DNA from: a virus
Taxonomy: Duplodnaviria; Caudoviricetes
Virus record (IMG/VR): IMGVR_UViG_3300042868_011200
Coordinates: 1 to 62,354 of that record
Reading direction: 5' to 3' (one strand)
DNA: 62,354 bases
The notes beneath the pieces are model-generated. The model ran no database searches. It worked only from the letters and a program-made list of their open reading frames with translations, and was not told where the DNA came from. How positions within the stretch are numbered: position 1 is the stretch's first letter; every line of letters starts with the position of its first letter. This document shows, in pieces, positions 51,356 to 59,440 of this stretch. Both the position numbers and the translations under genes were made by a program.

Positions 51356-53434
51356 ATGGCAATTTATTATTGGAGAGGACTTACCGGTTCAACATGGGGT
51401 ACTGCGGGTAATTGGAGTACAGGTAGTACTTCTACTCTTGGGGGTGCAGTTCCAACTAATGCGGATGATGTAATATTTGACGCTAATTCTTCTGCTTGTA
51501 CTGTGAACACCACCACAAGGGTATGTAAATCAATTAATTTTTCCGCATATACAAATACCATCACAATGACTTTTGGAATAAGTGTCGGTGCGACAGGTGC
51601 GGCAGGAGTTCAAGTTATATTAGGTAGTGGAATGACAATTAATGGTACTGGTCCATTAAATATTGCATCAGTAAACACAATATTAAGAAGTAATGGTAAA
51701 TTTTGGCCTAATAGTTTAGTTCTTGCACCATCCATCGTGTCTGGTCAAATTTATACATTACAAGATAATTGGTCAATTGGGGGTGATTATACAATGGGAA
51801 TCGGGTTTGGTTTTACTCTTTTCTTGTCGGGAGGTAATTTAAATATTGGGGGTTCATTTTTTATGAATGCACAACAAACTGGAAATAATCTAAGTAATAT
51901 AACATTAACTGGCTCGGGAATTATAAGTGGTTCAAGTTCTATGAGTTCATACTCAAATTTTATAATTAATACTAGTGGAACTTATAGTTTGGGTAATTTT
52001 AGTATTAGAAATACTAATTTAATTTATTCTTCAGGAACTATTAACACAATTTCTGGGACAACTGTAACTCATGGCACTGGCACTCGTGCAATTAATGTAA
52101 ACGGGTCAACATCACTATCCCCCCCACTATCAAGCTCAACAGGAATTAACTTTTTTAATTTCTCAACTAGTGATGCTACGACAACAACCTTAACAACTCC
52201 AATTTGTGTTATTGGTACTTTTGGTAATGTGGGTTCACTTATAGCTGGAAATGATGTCATATTAAATGGAAGTAATATTTACTTAAACGGAAATTTTTCA
52301 ACTAGCGCCAAAACTATGTCGGGTACCTCCCAATTTATTTTTCAAGGGACTGGAACTTATTTTCATGATTCTTTTACTCCCGTCAGCACATTTGCACCCG
52401 GTGTTGGAAGTAATTTTATAGTTAATACTCCAGGTACAATGACAGTAACATCACAATATCTTGTTAGAAGAGGAGGATTGTTTAATGTTATATCAGGTAC
52501 AGTTATAACAAATGGGGCCATTGTAACAATAACTGATGCGTTTACAAGTTCTTTTAGTAGTCCAGGTGTTGTATGGGGAGGGTTGTATTTAGATAACCCC
52601 AACCCAACAAATAGAAATTCAATATTTAGTGCGGTCACCGATTTCCAAACTTCAGGTGAGGTTAGAACATTCCAAACAACCAACACTCCTTTTATATTTG
52701 GTAATGTATTATTAACTGGTTCTTGTAGATTCAATAGTATAACAACAGGTTCGATTCAAGGAACAGGAACCATAAGAATGAGGAGTGCTGGATTTTTAAG
52801 TATGAGTGGCTCTTCTGGTTCGGCAGCTCAAGGTTATTTAGGGTGTAATGTGTCATTTGAATCAGGTTCTAATCAAATAGATATTATTGGTACATTAAGA
52901 TATAGAGATGGAACTATAACATACACTAGTGGTGTTATTAATGCAACAAATAATACCTTAAATTTATTAGCGGCAAGTACTTTAAATACTGAAGGTATGA
53001 CTTGGGGTACTATTACCAATTCAGCGTCATTAACTGTAACATTAAATTCTACATTATCCGCCAACACAATTACTGGAGGTAATAGTATATCATTTGGAGG
53101 TTCATTTGGTTTTTATACTAATAATTTAAACTATACAATAGCTGGAGGTACCCTAACATTAGGAGCTAACAATTTTTATTACGTTAGGGAGTCTTTATTT
53201 ACAAGAGGAACCTTAGCATCAAGAGCGTTATTCACATCCTCAAGTGCATCGTTAATATCTTACTTTACATTATCCAATTCCGCAACACAGGATGTTGGTT
53301 TTACAAGTGCGACAAGAATAAATAGTTCTTTAGGTCAAACTATTTATACTAGAAAAGGAGTGCTAACTACTACAACTAATTGGAATTTATTAACTAATCC
53401 TGTAACTGTTTACAGGCCATTTATATTACAATAA
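51356..53434 (+). CDS. Beta-solenoid-like receptor-binding/adhesin candidate (long paralogue)
   Basis: YW.G....W.TAGNWS...VP..ADDVIFD N-terminus; Gly/Ser/Thr/Asn-rich beta repeats. Confidence 0.6.
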   Translation: MAIYYWRGLTGSTWGTAGNWSTGSTSTLGGAVPTNADDVIFDANSSACTVNTTTRVCKSINFSAYTNTITMTFGISVGATGAAGVQVILGSGMTINGTGPLNIASVNTILRSNGKFWPNSLVLAPSIVSGQIYTLQDNWSIGGDYTMGIGFGFTLFLSGGNLNIGGSFFMNAQQTGNNLSNITLTGSGIISGSSSMSSYSNFIINTSGTYSLGNFSIRNTNLIYSSGTINTISGTTVTHGTGTRAINVNGSTSLSPPLSSSTGINFFNFSTSDATTTTLTTPICVIGTFGNVGSLIAGNDVILNGSNIYLNGNFSTSAKTMSGTSQFIFQGTGTYFHDSFTPVSTFAPGVGSNFIVNTPGTMTVTSQYLVRRGGLFNVISGTVITNGAIVTITDAFTSSFSSPGVVWGGLYLDNPNPTNRNSIFSAVTDFQTSGEVRTFQTTNTPFIFGNVLLTGSCRFNSITTGSIQGTGTIRMRSAGFLSMSGSSGSAAQGYLGCNVSFESGSNQIDIIGTLRYRDGTITYTSGVINATNNTLNLLAASTLNTEGMTWGTITNSASLTVTLNSTLSANTITGGNSISFGGSFGFYTNNLNYTIAGGTLTLGANNFYYVRESLFTRGTLASRALFTSSSASLISYFTLSNSATQDVGFTSATRINSSLGQTIYTRKGVLTTTTNWNLLTNPVTVYRPFILQ

Positions 53435-54078
53435 TGCCACCAAGATACTTTAGGTCAGGAGCAACTTTAAATTGGAACACAGCGGGAAATTGGAGTGCAA
53501 CTCCATTTCCATCATATAGTGCCGGAGCAATACCAACCGCCTCCGACGATGTTTTTTTTGAGTTACAAAGTGCCAACTGTACTTTTAATGTTGCGGGTGT
53601 TACGTTATCAATTAACTTTAGTTCCTATACAAACACATTTGCTTTTGGTAATTTTAATTTAAGCGTTGCTGGTAATATTATTTTAGGTTCAGGAACCACA
53701 TTTACAAGAGGTACTGGAACAATTATTGCCACAGGTAATCCTAGTTTAACATCTAACGGTAAAATACTCAACATCCCATTAGTTTTCCAAACCGCTGGTA
53801 GGACATTAACTTTTGTTGATAATTGGATTTTAACCTCAGGAATTACCATAACAGGGACCTTAGCTTCCCCTATTACCGCAAGAACCCAAACTTTAGGCGT
53901 TCAGAGAAAATTAACACTACCACAAAACACAGGTTCTGTAGATATTGACTATTGTGTTGCTAGAGATTTAGACAGTGGTGACGGAACCACTATTTGGAAT
54001 TATAAAGGAACTCAAACTAATTGTGTGAATTGGTTGAATTTACCAACACAACCTCCTACTATATTTGAAATTATTTAA
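53434..54078 (+). CDS. Short paralogue of 51356..53434
   Basis: Shares WNTAGNWS, PT..DDV.F, SINFS.YTNT, ILGSG, SNGK, DNW and GTLAS blocks. Confidence 0.65.
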   Translation: MPPRYFRSGATLNWNTAGNWSATPFPSYSAGAIPTASDDVFFELQSANCTFNVAGVTLSINFSSYTNTFAFGNFNLSVAGNIILGSGTTFTRGTGTIIATGNPSLTSNGKILNIPLVFQTAGRTLTFVDNWILTSGITITGTLASPITARTQTLGVQRKLTLPQNTGSVDIDYCVARDLDSGDGTTIWNYKGTQTNCVNWLNLPTQPPTIFEII

Positions 54079-54089
54079 TATTTAATAAT

Positions 54090-54338
54090 ATGTCATGTAC
54101 ATTACAAATAGAAAGTATTTCAGGTAATTCTCCATATACAATTTATGTATGTGATTATACTTTATATAAGTGTGAACTAATTGGTATATATACTGAACCA
54201 TTAACATATCCATTTTATATTGATGTTCCTGAGAATATGGAAGGTTCGTCTAAAATTATTGTAAGAATTGTTGATAATAGTGGATGTACAAAATTTAATT
54301 TATACGAGTCAGTTACCCAACCAACACCAATAACTTAA
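54090..54338 (+). CDS. Small protein paralogous to N-terminal domain of 46518..47495
   Basis: I.SI.G..PY..Y.CD....C ... I.D..GC pattern shared; preceded by the TATTTAA variant. Confidence 0.65.
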   Translation: MSCTLQIESISGNSPYTIYVCDYTLYKCELIGIYTEPLTYPFYIDVPENMEGSSKIIVRIVDNSGCTKFNLYESVTQPTPIT

Positions 54339-54368
54339 AAAAACTATACACAAAAATATAAAAGTTGT

Positions 54369-54375
54369 TATTTAT
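54369..54375 (+). promoter_or_regulatory. TATTTAT motif 5 nt before ATG 54381
   Basis: TATTTAT-ATGTA-ATG. Confidence 0.55.
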
Positions 54376-54380
54376 ATGTA

Positions 54381-56552
54381 ATGGCATTAGGATTTCAGGA
54401 TTGTTGTAATTCAGCAAGTTATTTTTATTTAAATGGCATTCCTGCCACAGTTTCTCAATTTGAAACTTATTATATTACTACATCACAGGGTGAAAATTTT
54501 TGTGCGACTTATGTGGATGTTCCCGCATTGAATTATCAACCACCAACGTATAATTTATTGGAAATGATACAATCGGTGGATTGTGATGACTGTAAAACAT
54601 CTAATAATTATAGTTGCCCAACATCCGAGTTGATTTTAATAAGTCAGGTAAATGCTGGGTCTATTGCAGGGTCTGATTGTCAAGTTAAGACAATAATGCC
54701 AATGTATGTAGAATGTGTGAGTGTTAATCCTGTATTAGATACTGGACTTGACGGCTCCGTTAGTTTATTTGTAACAGGAGGAACACCCCCTTATTTTTTC
54801 TATAGTGCCGGTACAACTACAGCATTAGGTAACAATACATCAAACGGTAATGTATATCCAATTTTCCAAAATTTAGGAGAAGGAACTTATAACATAACCA
54901 CCGTTGATTCTAATGGTGATTTTTCTATTACGGTTAGTTGTACACTAAACGCATTACCACCTCAACTATCAGTAACTTGCGCTCCAACAAATATATCAGT
55001 ATATGGTGCTGATAATGGAAGTATTAATCTATTAGTATCTGGTGGAATACCACCATACTCATATTCTTATTTAGGGAATAATATTACACTTCCGATTAGT
55101 AATTTATTTGCGGGAACTTATGAAATAACTGTTACTGATAATGGAGGAGAATACCAACAAGTTGAAGTTGTTAACTGCACAGTTAACCAAGCTTCACCAG
55201 TTAATTATCCTGAAAACATATGTATGAATTTTACATTATGTAGCACACAGTTCTTCCTACAATTTGAAAGAGATTCTACGGATATAAATTATAGAGCAAG
55301 TTATATATGTACAAATCCATCTGTGATGGGTTTACCTAGCTTATCTATATTTTATGGAAGTAATGGTTGGACAACTTCTTCACAATCAACAACTCAGAAT
55401 CCTGAATTCTCAGTAAATTGTGGTGTAAACTATGTTGGTCTTTTATTCTTTGCTGTATCATATACCCCTACCTCTACAATACCAATTGGTTCGTGGTATA
55501 CAAATCAAGGAGGAGTTTTAACGGGAGTTTCTCCTATTATTGTATCACCTGGATTATGTCCAGTTATTGTAACCCTACAATCAATCGGGGAATTTTGTAC
55601 ACAAACGCCAACACTATTACCTACAGTAGTAGTTGAAGGTGTTGGTGGAATAGGACCATATACATTTAATATAACGGCCTCTAATGGACAGGTCACTTCA
55701 AACACATCACCATCATTCCAACTGTCTAATGGAACATATTCTATTGTGGCCGTTGATAGTACAGGGATACAAAGCCAACCTGTTTCATTTACAGTACCAA
55801 CAAATAATGGAGTAGATGTTTTATTTGGAATTGATTCTTGTGTTACTTCAAATTTAACAACAAATTGGTTAAATCAAATATCAGGACCAAGTGCTAATCC
55901 TGTGATTCAAGATGGTGAGGCTTTAGAGTTAAATGCGTCTATGTCAAATTACATTGATTTTTCATTTTTACCTGACGGAGCGTCATTCACTGGAAAAATA
56001 AAGATTTCATTTACAAGTAATTTTACGGGAGGTGATGAGTCACACTCACTTCCAACGGACTCTAATATTATAGTTAGTCCAATATTAACATTAAACAACA
56101 TTACGACTAATAATGTTAGTACTAACTACATGAATGGAGTTATTCCAACCAATTTCGCAACCCCAAGTACTTCCCAAGATGGAACATATGGAACATGGTA
56201 CTCAAATGGGCAAGGTAATTCTTGTTGTAAAGATATAGAAAATGAAGGATTACAATGGTTCCAAGGACTACAGTGGGTTAGCCCGACATTAACGTTTAAT
56301 AATACGACAGTATTAAGTACAATATTCTCGATATATACCAAAAACATGGTACCTTTTTATAACTACAAATGTAGAAATGGAGCTTTCTGTGGTGCAAAAC
56401 TATCGAATAGTGTGACAATTCAGTTACAAAATTTAACAAAAGTTTCAGGATGTATAAATGTCTCGGGTATAAAAAAATTAATAGAAGGAACAGTTAAAAA
56501 TGATAGTAATGGAGACGCTGGATGGGTTACACAACCATCACCATCTTGTTAA
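54381..56552 (+). CDS. Cys-rich SprB-repeat-containing putative virion protein
   Basis: DGSVSLFVTGGTPPY, NGSINLLVSGGIPPYSYS and L.AGTY.ITVTD repeats. Confidence 0.65.
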   Translation: MALGFQDCCNSASYFYLNGIPATVSQFETYYITTSQGENFCATYVDVPALNYQPPTYNLLEMIQSVDCDDCKTSNNYSCPTSELILISQVNAGSIAGSDCQVKTIMPMYVECVSVNPVLDTGLDGSVSLFVTGGTPPYFFYSAGTTTALGNNTSNGNVYPIFQNLGEGTYNITTVDSNGDFSITVSCTLNALPPQLSVTCAPTNISVYGADNGSINLLVSGGIPPYSYSYLGNNITLPISNLFAGTYEITVTDNGGEYQQVEVVNCTVNQASPVNYPENICMNFTLCSTQFFLQFERDSTDINYRASYICTNPSVMGLPSLSIFYGSNGWTTSSQSTTQNPEFSVNCGVNYVGLLFFAVSYTPTSTIPIGSWYTNQGGVLTGVSPIIVSPGLCPVIVTLQSIGEFCTQTPTLLPTVVVEGVGGIGPYTFNITASNGQVTSNTSPSFQLSNGTYSIVAVDSTGIQSQPVSFTVPTNNGVDVLFGIDSCVTSNLTTNWLNQISGPSANPVIQDGEALELNASMSNYIDFSFLPDGASFTGKIKISFTSNFTGGDESHSLPTDSNIIVSPILTLNNITTNNVSTNYMNGVIPTNFATPSTSQDGTYGTWYSNGQGNSCCKDIENEGLQWFQGLQWVSPTLTFNNTTVLSTIFSIYTKNMVPFYNYKCRNGAFCGAKLSNSVTIQLQNLTKVSGCINVSGIKKLIEGTVKNDSNGDAGWVTQPSPSC

Positions 56553-56567
56553 AATTACATAACTTAA

Positions 56568-56574
56568 TATTTAT
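56568..56574 (+). promoter_or_regulatory. TATTTAT motif 7 nt before ATG 56582
   Basis: TATTTAT-ACTAATA-ATG. Confidence 0.55.
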
Positions 56575-56581
56575 ACTAATA

Positions 56582-58762
56582 ATGGGATACATACTTAAAG
56601 ATACTGAAGGACTAGTAATAACAAGATTAACTGACGTTGGGAGAAGAAAAATTTCCCAAGGTAGTTTTAATATAAGCTATTTCCAAGTTGGAGACAGCGA
56701 AGTTAATTACACATCAATACCTAATTACAATCAAGCGGATTCTATGGTACTTGAACCACCGTATAACGCTCAAAATAATTCAGGTGTACCAAACTCAACA
56801 AAAAATAATGTTAAATACCCGTATTATTTACAAGGTTCTTCAGGTATAACATATGGTATACCATACCAAGCATCTAATATTGATGAAGTATATAACACCG
56901 CATCACCAAGTGGGCAATTTTCTGCAACAACTTCGTGTTATCCCCCACAAAAAGGAACAGGATATACATATAACTCAGAATATCAGGCTGACTTAGGTTT
57001 AGGTGAATTTGATGGGGTGACTACCACTTGTCAACTTTTTTATAACCCTTGTACTAATTCGGCTACAGGAACAATATCTGCAAATACATTTGTATCTATG
57101 TATATGACTGGAGATAATGATGACCAGTGTGGATGTTTACAATCATGTTACCCTATATTAACATACAGGGTTATTGGTTTTGATGGGACAAATTTAACAG
57201 TCGATAGACCATTTCCAGACTTAAATACTTTGGGATATACTGGATTTGTTAAACTCTTCTTCTATCCTTCAGGTATGACAGGTTATGATTTGGCAACACC
57301 ATCTAACTATTGGAGTACAAGTGTTATTAATTATGAATCTATTTGTACACCTGAAGATGGATTTGTTAAAATTTGGAATATGAATATTCCTTGGAGCGAA
57401 AGTCCTGCAGGTACTACAGTTGCTCTTGAGACATACGATTTATTTGCATCCAAAGATTATATTGGAACTAAAGAATATTATGGATATATGTCTTCATCAG
57501 GACAAACAGATACCTCATCAACTTTTTATTATGATTCATATGGTAATAAAGTTAATGTTGCACCTGAGGACCAAAAAACAATTGCGATTGTTCACTATAC
57601 AAATAATACAATTATTAATTTCTTTGGTGAAAAATTTGCAACAGAAGCATATGATGCAACCAATCCTGGAGATACAGGACAAGCAAGAAATTTTAAAATT
57701 ACAATGCCTTGGTTAACTTGGCATAAAAATAAAGCATGTTGTTCAGGAACAACTTTTTACATTGACCCACCAGGATTTGATGGATATGATTTACTAACTC
57801 CTTATTATATTCAGTCTAACAAAAATTTAGATATGAATAACCCTGGAATTAGATATTTTCATTTATATGATACTAATGCAACCCCAAATGGATTACCTAA
57901 CAGGGTTGGTAAAGTATTTCCTGATGATAAAATCATCATATTTGATGATGAGGAAATTGTTGCGGCAATGAGTTATGCTTCTAACAGAAATTATACATTA
58001 CCTGCACCAAGGCTTGGACTTGTTCCAATAGGTGTTTGTGGTAGCGATACTGATGGGTTATTAGATAACGACTCAATGTGTGTTTGGGTAACATACGGGT
58101 TTGAAGGAGATTGGCAAGGAATGCATTGTAACTATTATCAAAAGATATGTGGACCGTCAACAGCTACAACTACTAGCGAACAAAACGTAACTGTAAATTT
58201 TGGAGGAGATTTCCAATGTTTTACCGCAGGTGCTACAAGTGGGTTCGGAGGTACTAATTTCTTTGTATTAGCTCAAACAGGTTCGACTTCACAATCAAGA
58301 CCTTCACCTACAGGATGGAAAAAAATTGATTTTACTGCGGACATACCCGTAACATATATTGCACCTAATAATTATATTAAACCCGAAGGATTAACTGCGA
58401 CAACATTTACAATTGGCTCAACTAATTACGCAGCTGGTATATCCTACGATTTAAGTACTCAGATTTATTTACCTGTTGTTAACTCGGCAAGTCCTGGAGT
58501 TAATTTTGGAGACGAATATTATTTCTATGGTACAATACAAACGGATATTGAGGCGACAATATATGAAATGAGATATTTAATTAATCTACCAAATAATCAA
58601 TTTAATAAATCTACTAATCCGACATGGAATCAATCATATACTCCATATATGACTGAAATTGGTTTATATGATACTGATAAAAATCTTTTAGTATTATCGA
58701 AATTCCAATCCCCACAGGTAAGACAAGGATTACAACAAGTTGTAGTCAAGTTAGATTTTTAA
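56582..58762 (+). CDS. Baseplate/tail-fibre attachment protein (tail-collar fibre-like); start revised from 56522
   Basis: N-terminal LTDVGRRKI...FQVGD and C-terminal TEIGLYD...LLVLSK..P resemble fibre-attachment domains. Confidence 0.55.
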   Translation: MGYILKDTEGLVITRLTDVGRRKISQGSFNISYFQVGDSEVNYTSIPNYNQADSMVLEPPYNAQNNSGVPNSTKNNVKYPYYLQGSSGITYGIPYQASNIDEVYNTASPSGQFSATTSCYPPQKGTGYTYNSEYQADLGLGEFDGVTTTCQLFYNPCTNSATGTISANTFVSMYMTGDNDDQCGCLQSCYPILTYRVIGFDGTNLTVDRPFPDLNTLGYTGFVKLFFYPSGMTGYDLATPSNYWSTSVINYESICTPEDGFVKIWNMNIPWSESPAGTTVALETYDLFASKDYIGTKEYYGYMSSSGQTDTSSTFYYDSYGNKVNVAPEDQKTIAIVHYTNNTIINFFGEKFATEAYDATNPGDTGQARNFKITMPWLTWHKNKACCSGTTFYIDPPGFDGYDLLTPYYIQSNKNLDMNNPGIRYFHLYDTNATPNGLPNRVGKVFPDDKIIIFDDEEIVAAMSYASNRNYTLPAPRLGLVPIGVCGSDTDGLLDNDSMCVWVTYGFEGDWQGMHCNYYQKICGPSTATTTSEQNVTVNFGGDFQCFTAGATSGFGGTNFFVLAQTGSTSQSRPSPTGWKKIDFTADIPVTYIAPNNYIKPEGLTATTFTIGSTNYAAGISYDLSTQIYLPVVNSASPGVNFGDEYYFYGTIQTDIEATIYEMRYLINLPNNQFNKSTNPTWNQSYTPYMTEIGLYDTDKNLLVLSKFQSPQVRQGLQQVVVKLDF

Positions 58763-58801
58763 TTTACAAAGTAAAATATTTTATTAACTTTTTTCTAACG
58801 T

Positions 58802-59392
58802 ATGGCAAAAAGTATAAAAAACTCACCCAAAATTTTGGGATTAGATGTGTCCACCAAAACTATTGGTTGGGCGCTTTTCGATTTATCATCAAGAGATTTA
58901 TTAGAGTTAACTCATATTTCTCCAAGACCTAAACCCACTTCTGATAATAAGATGGAAGAACTTTTTACAAAGTCAGGTCTTTTTAGAAAAAAATTAGAAG
59001 AATATAAGGGACTAGGAATAATAAAATGTATTATTGAGGAACCACTTCTAAATTCAAATAACGCTTATACTATTGGGACGTTATTAAGATATAATACTTT
59101 AATTAGTAAAGAAGTTTATGATGTATTGGGAATTGTGCCCGAGTATGTATCAACATATGAGTCAAGAAAAAGAGCTTTCCCTGAACTTGTACAAAAGAAT
59201 GAAAAGGGTAAATATGTTTTGTTTGGAGGATATCCAAAAGACTGTGACAAGAAACAAATTATATGGGAACTTGTTGCAAAAAGAGAACCACAAATTCAGT
59301 GGATGTATACTAGAAATAATACTTTAAAGAAAGAAAATTTTGATATGACAGATTCTTATACTGTTGTATTAAGTTATTTAAATAATAAATAA
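58802..59392 (+). CDS. ruvC: RuvC-like Holliday junction resolvase
   Basis: ILGLDVSTKTIGWA, IIEEP and DMTDSY acidic motifs of the RNase H fold. Confidence 0.75.
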   Translation: MAKSIKNSPKILGLDVSTKTIGWALFDLSSRDLLELTHISPRPKPTSDNKMEELFTKSGLFRKKLEEYKGLGIIKCIIEEPLLNSNNAYTIGTLLRYNTLISKEVYDVLGIVPEYVSTYESRKRAFPELVQKNEKGKYVLFGGYPKDCDKKQIIWELVAKREPQIQWMYTRNNTLKKENFDMTDSYTVVLSYLNNK

Positions 59393-59412
59393 ATTTAACT
59401 AAATAAAATTTT

Positions 59413-59440
59413 AAAGGGAGTCGTTTGACTCCCTTTTTTT
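59413..59440. terminator. Terminator between convergent genes (probably bidirectional)
   Basis: AAAGGGAGTC-gttt-GACTCCCTTT followed by Ts. Confidence 0.8.

Noticed and set aside
833-58762. Bacterial extracellular contractile injection system or tailocin
   Set aside because: Interleaved phage-type SSB, UvsX, helicase, RNR and resolvase genes indicate a replicating phage.
58763-58792. Second Bacteroidota-type promoter before ruvC (TTTA-N18-TAACTTTT)
   Set aside because: Mismatches in both boxes and a short spacer; indistinguishable from AT-rich background.
58802-59392. TnpB/Cas12-like nuclease
   Set aside because: Only 196 aa, with no zinc ribbon or recognition lobe and no adjacent non-coding RNA space; fits a simple resolvase.
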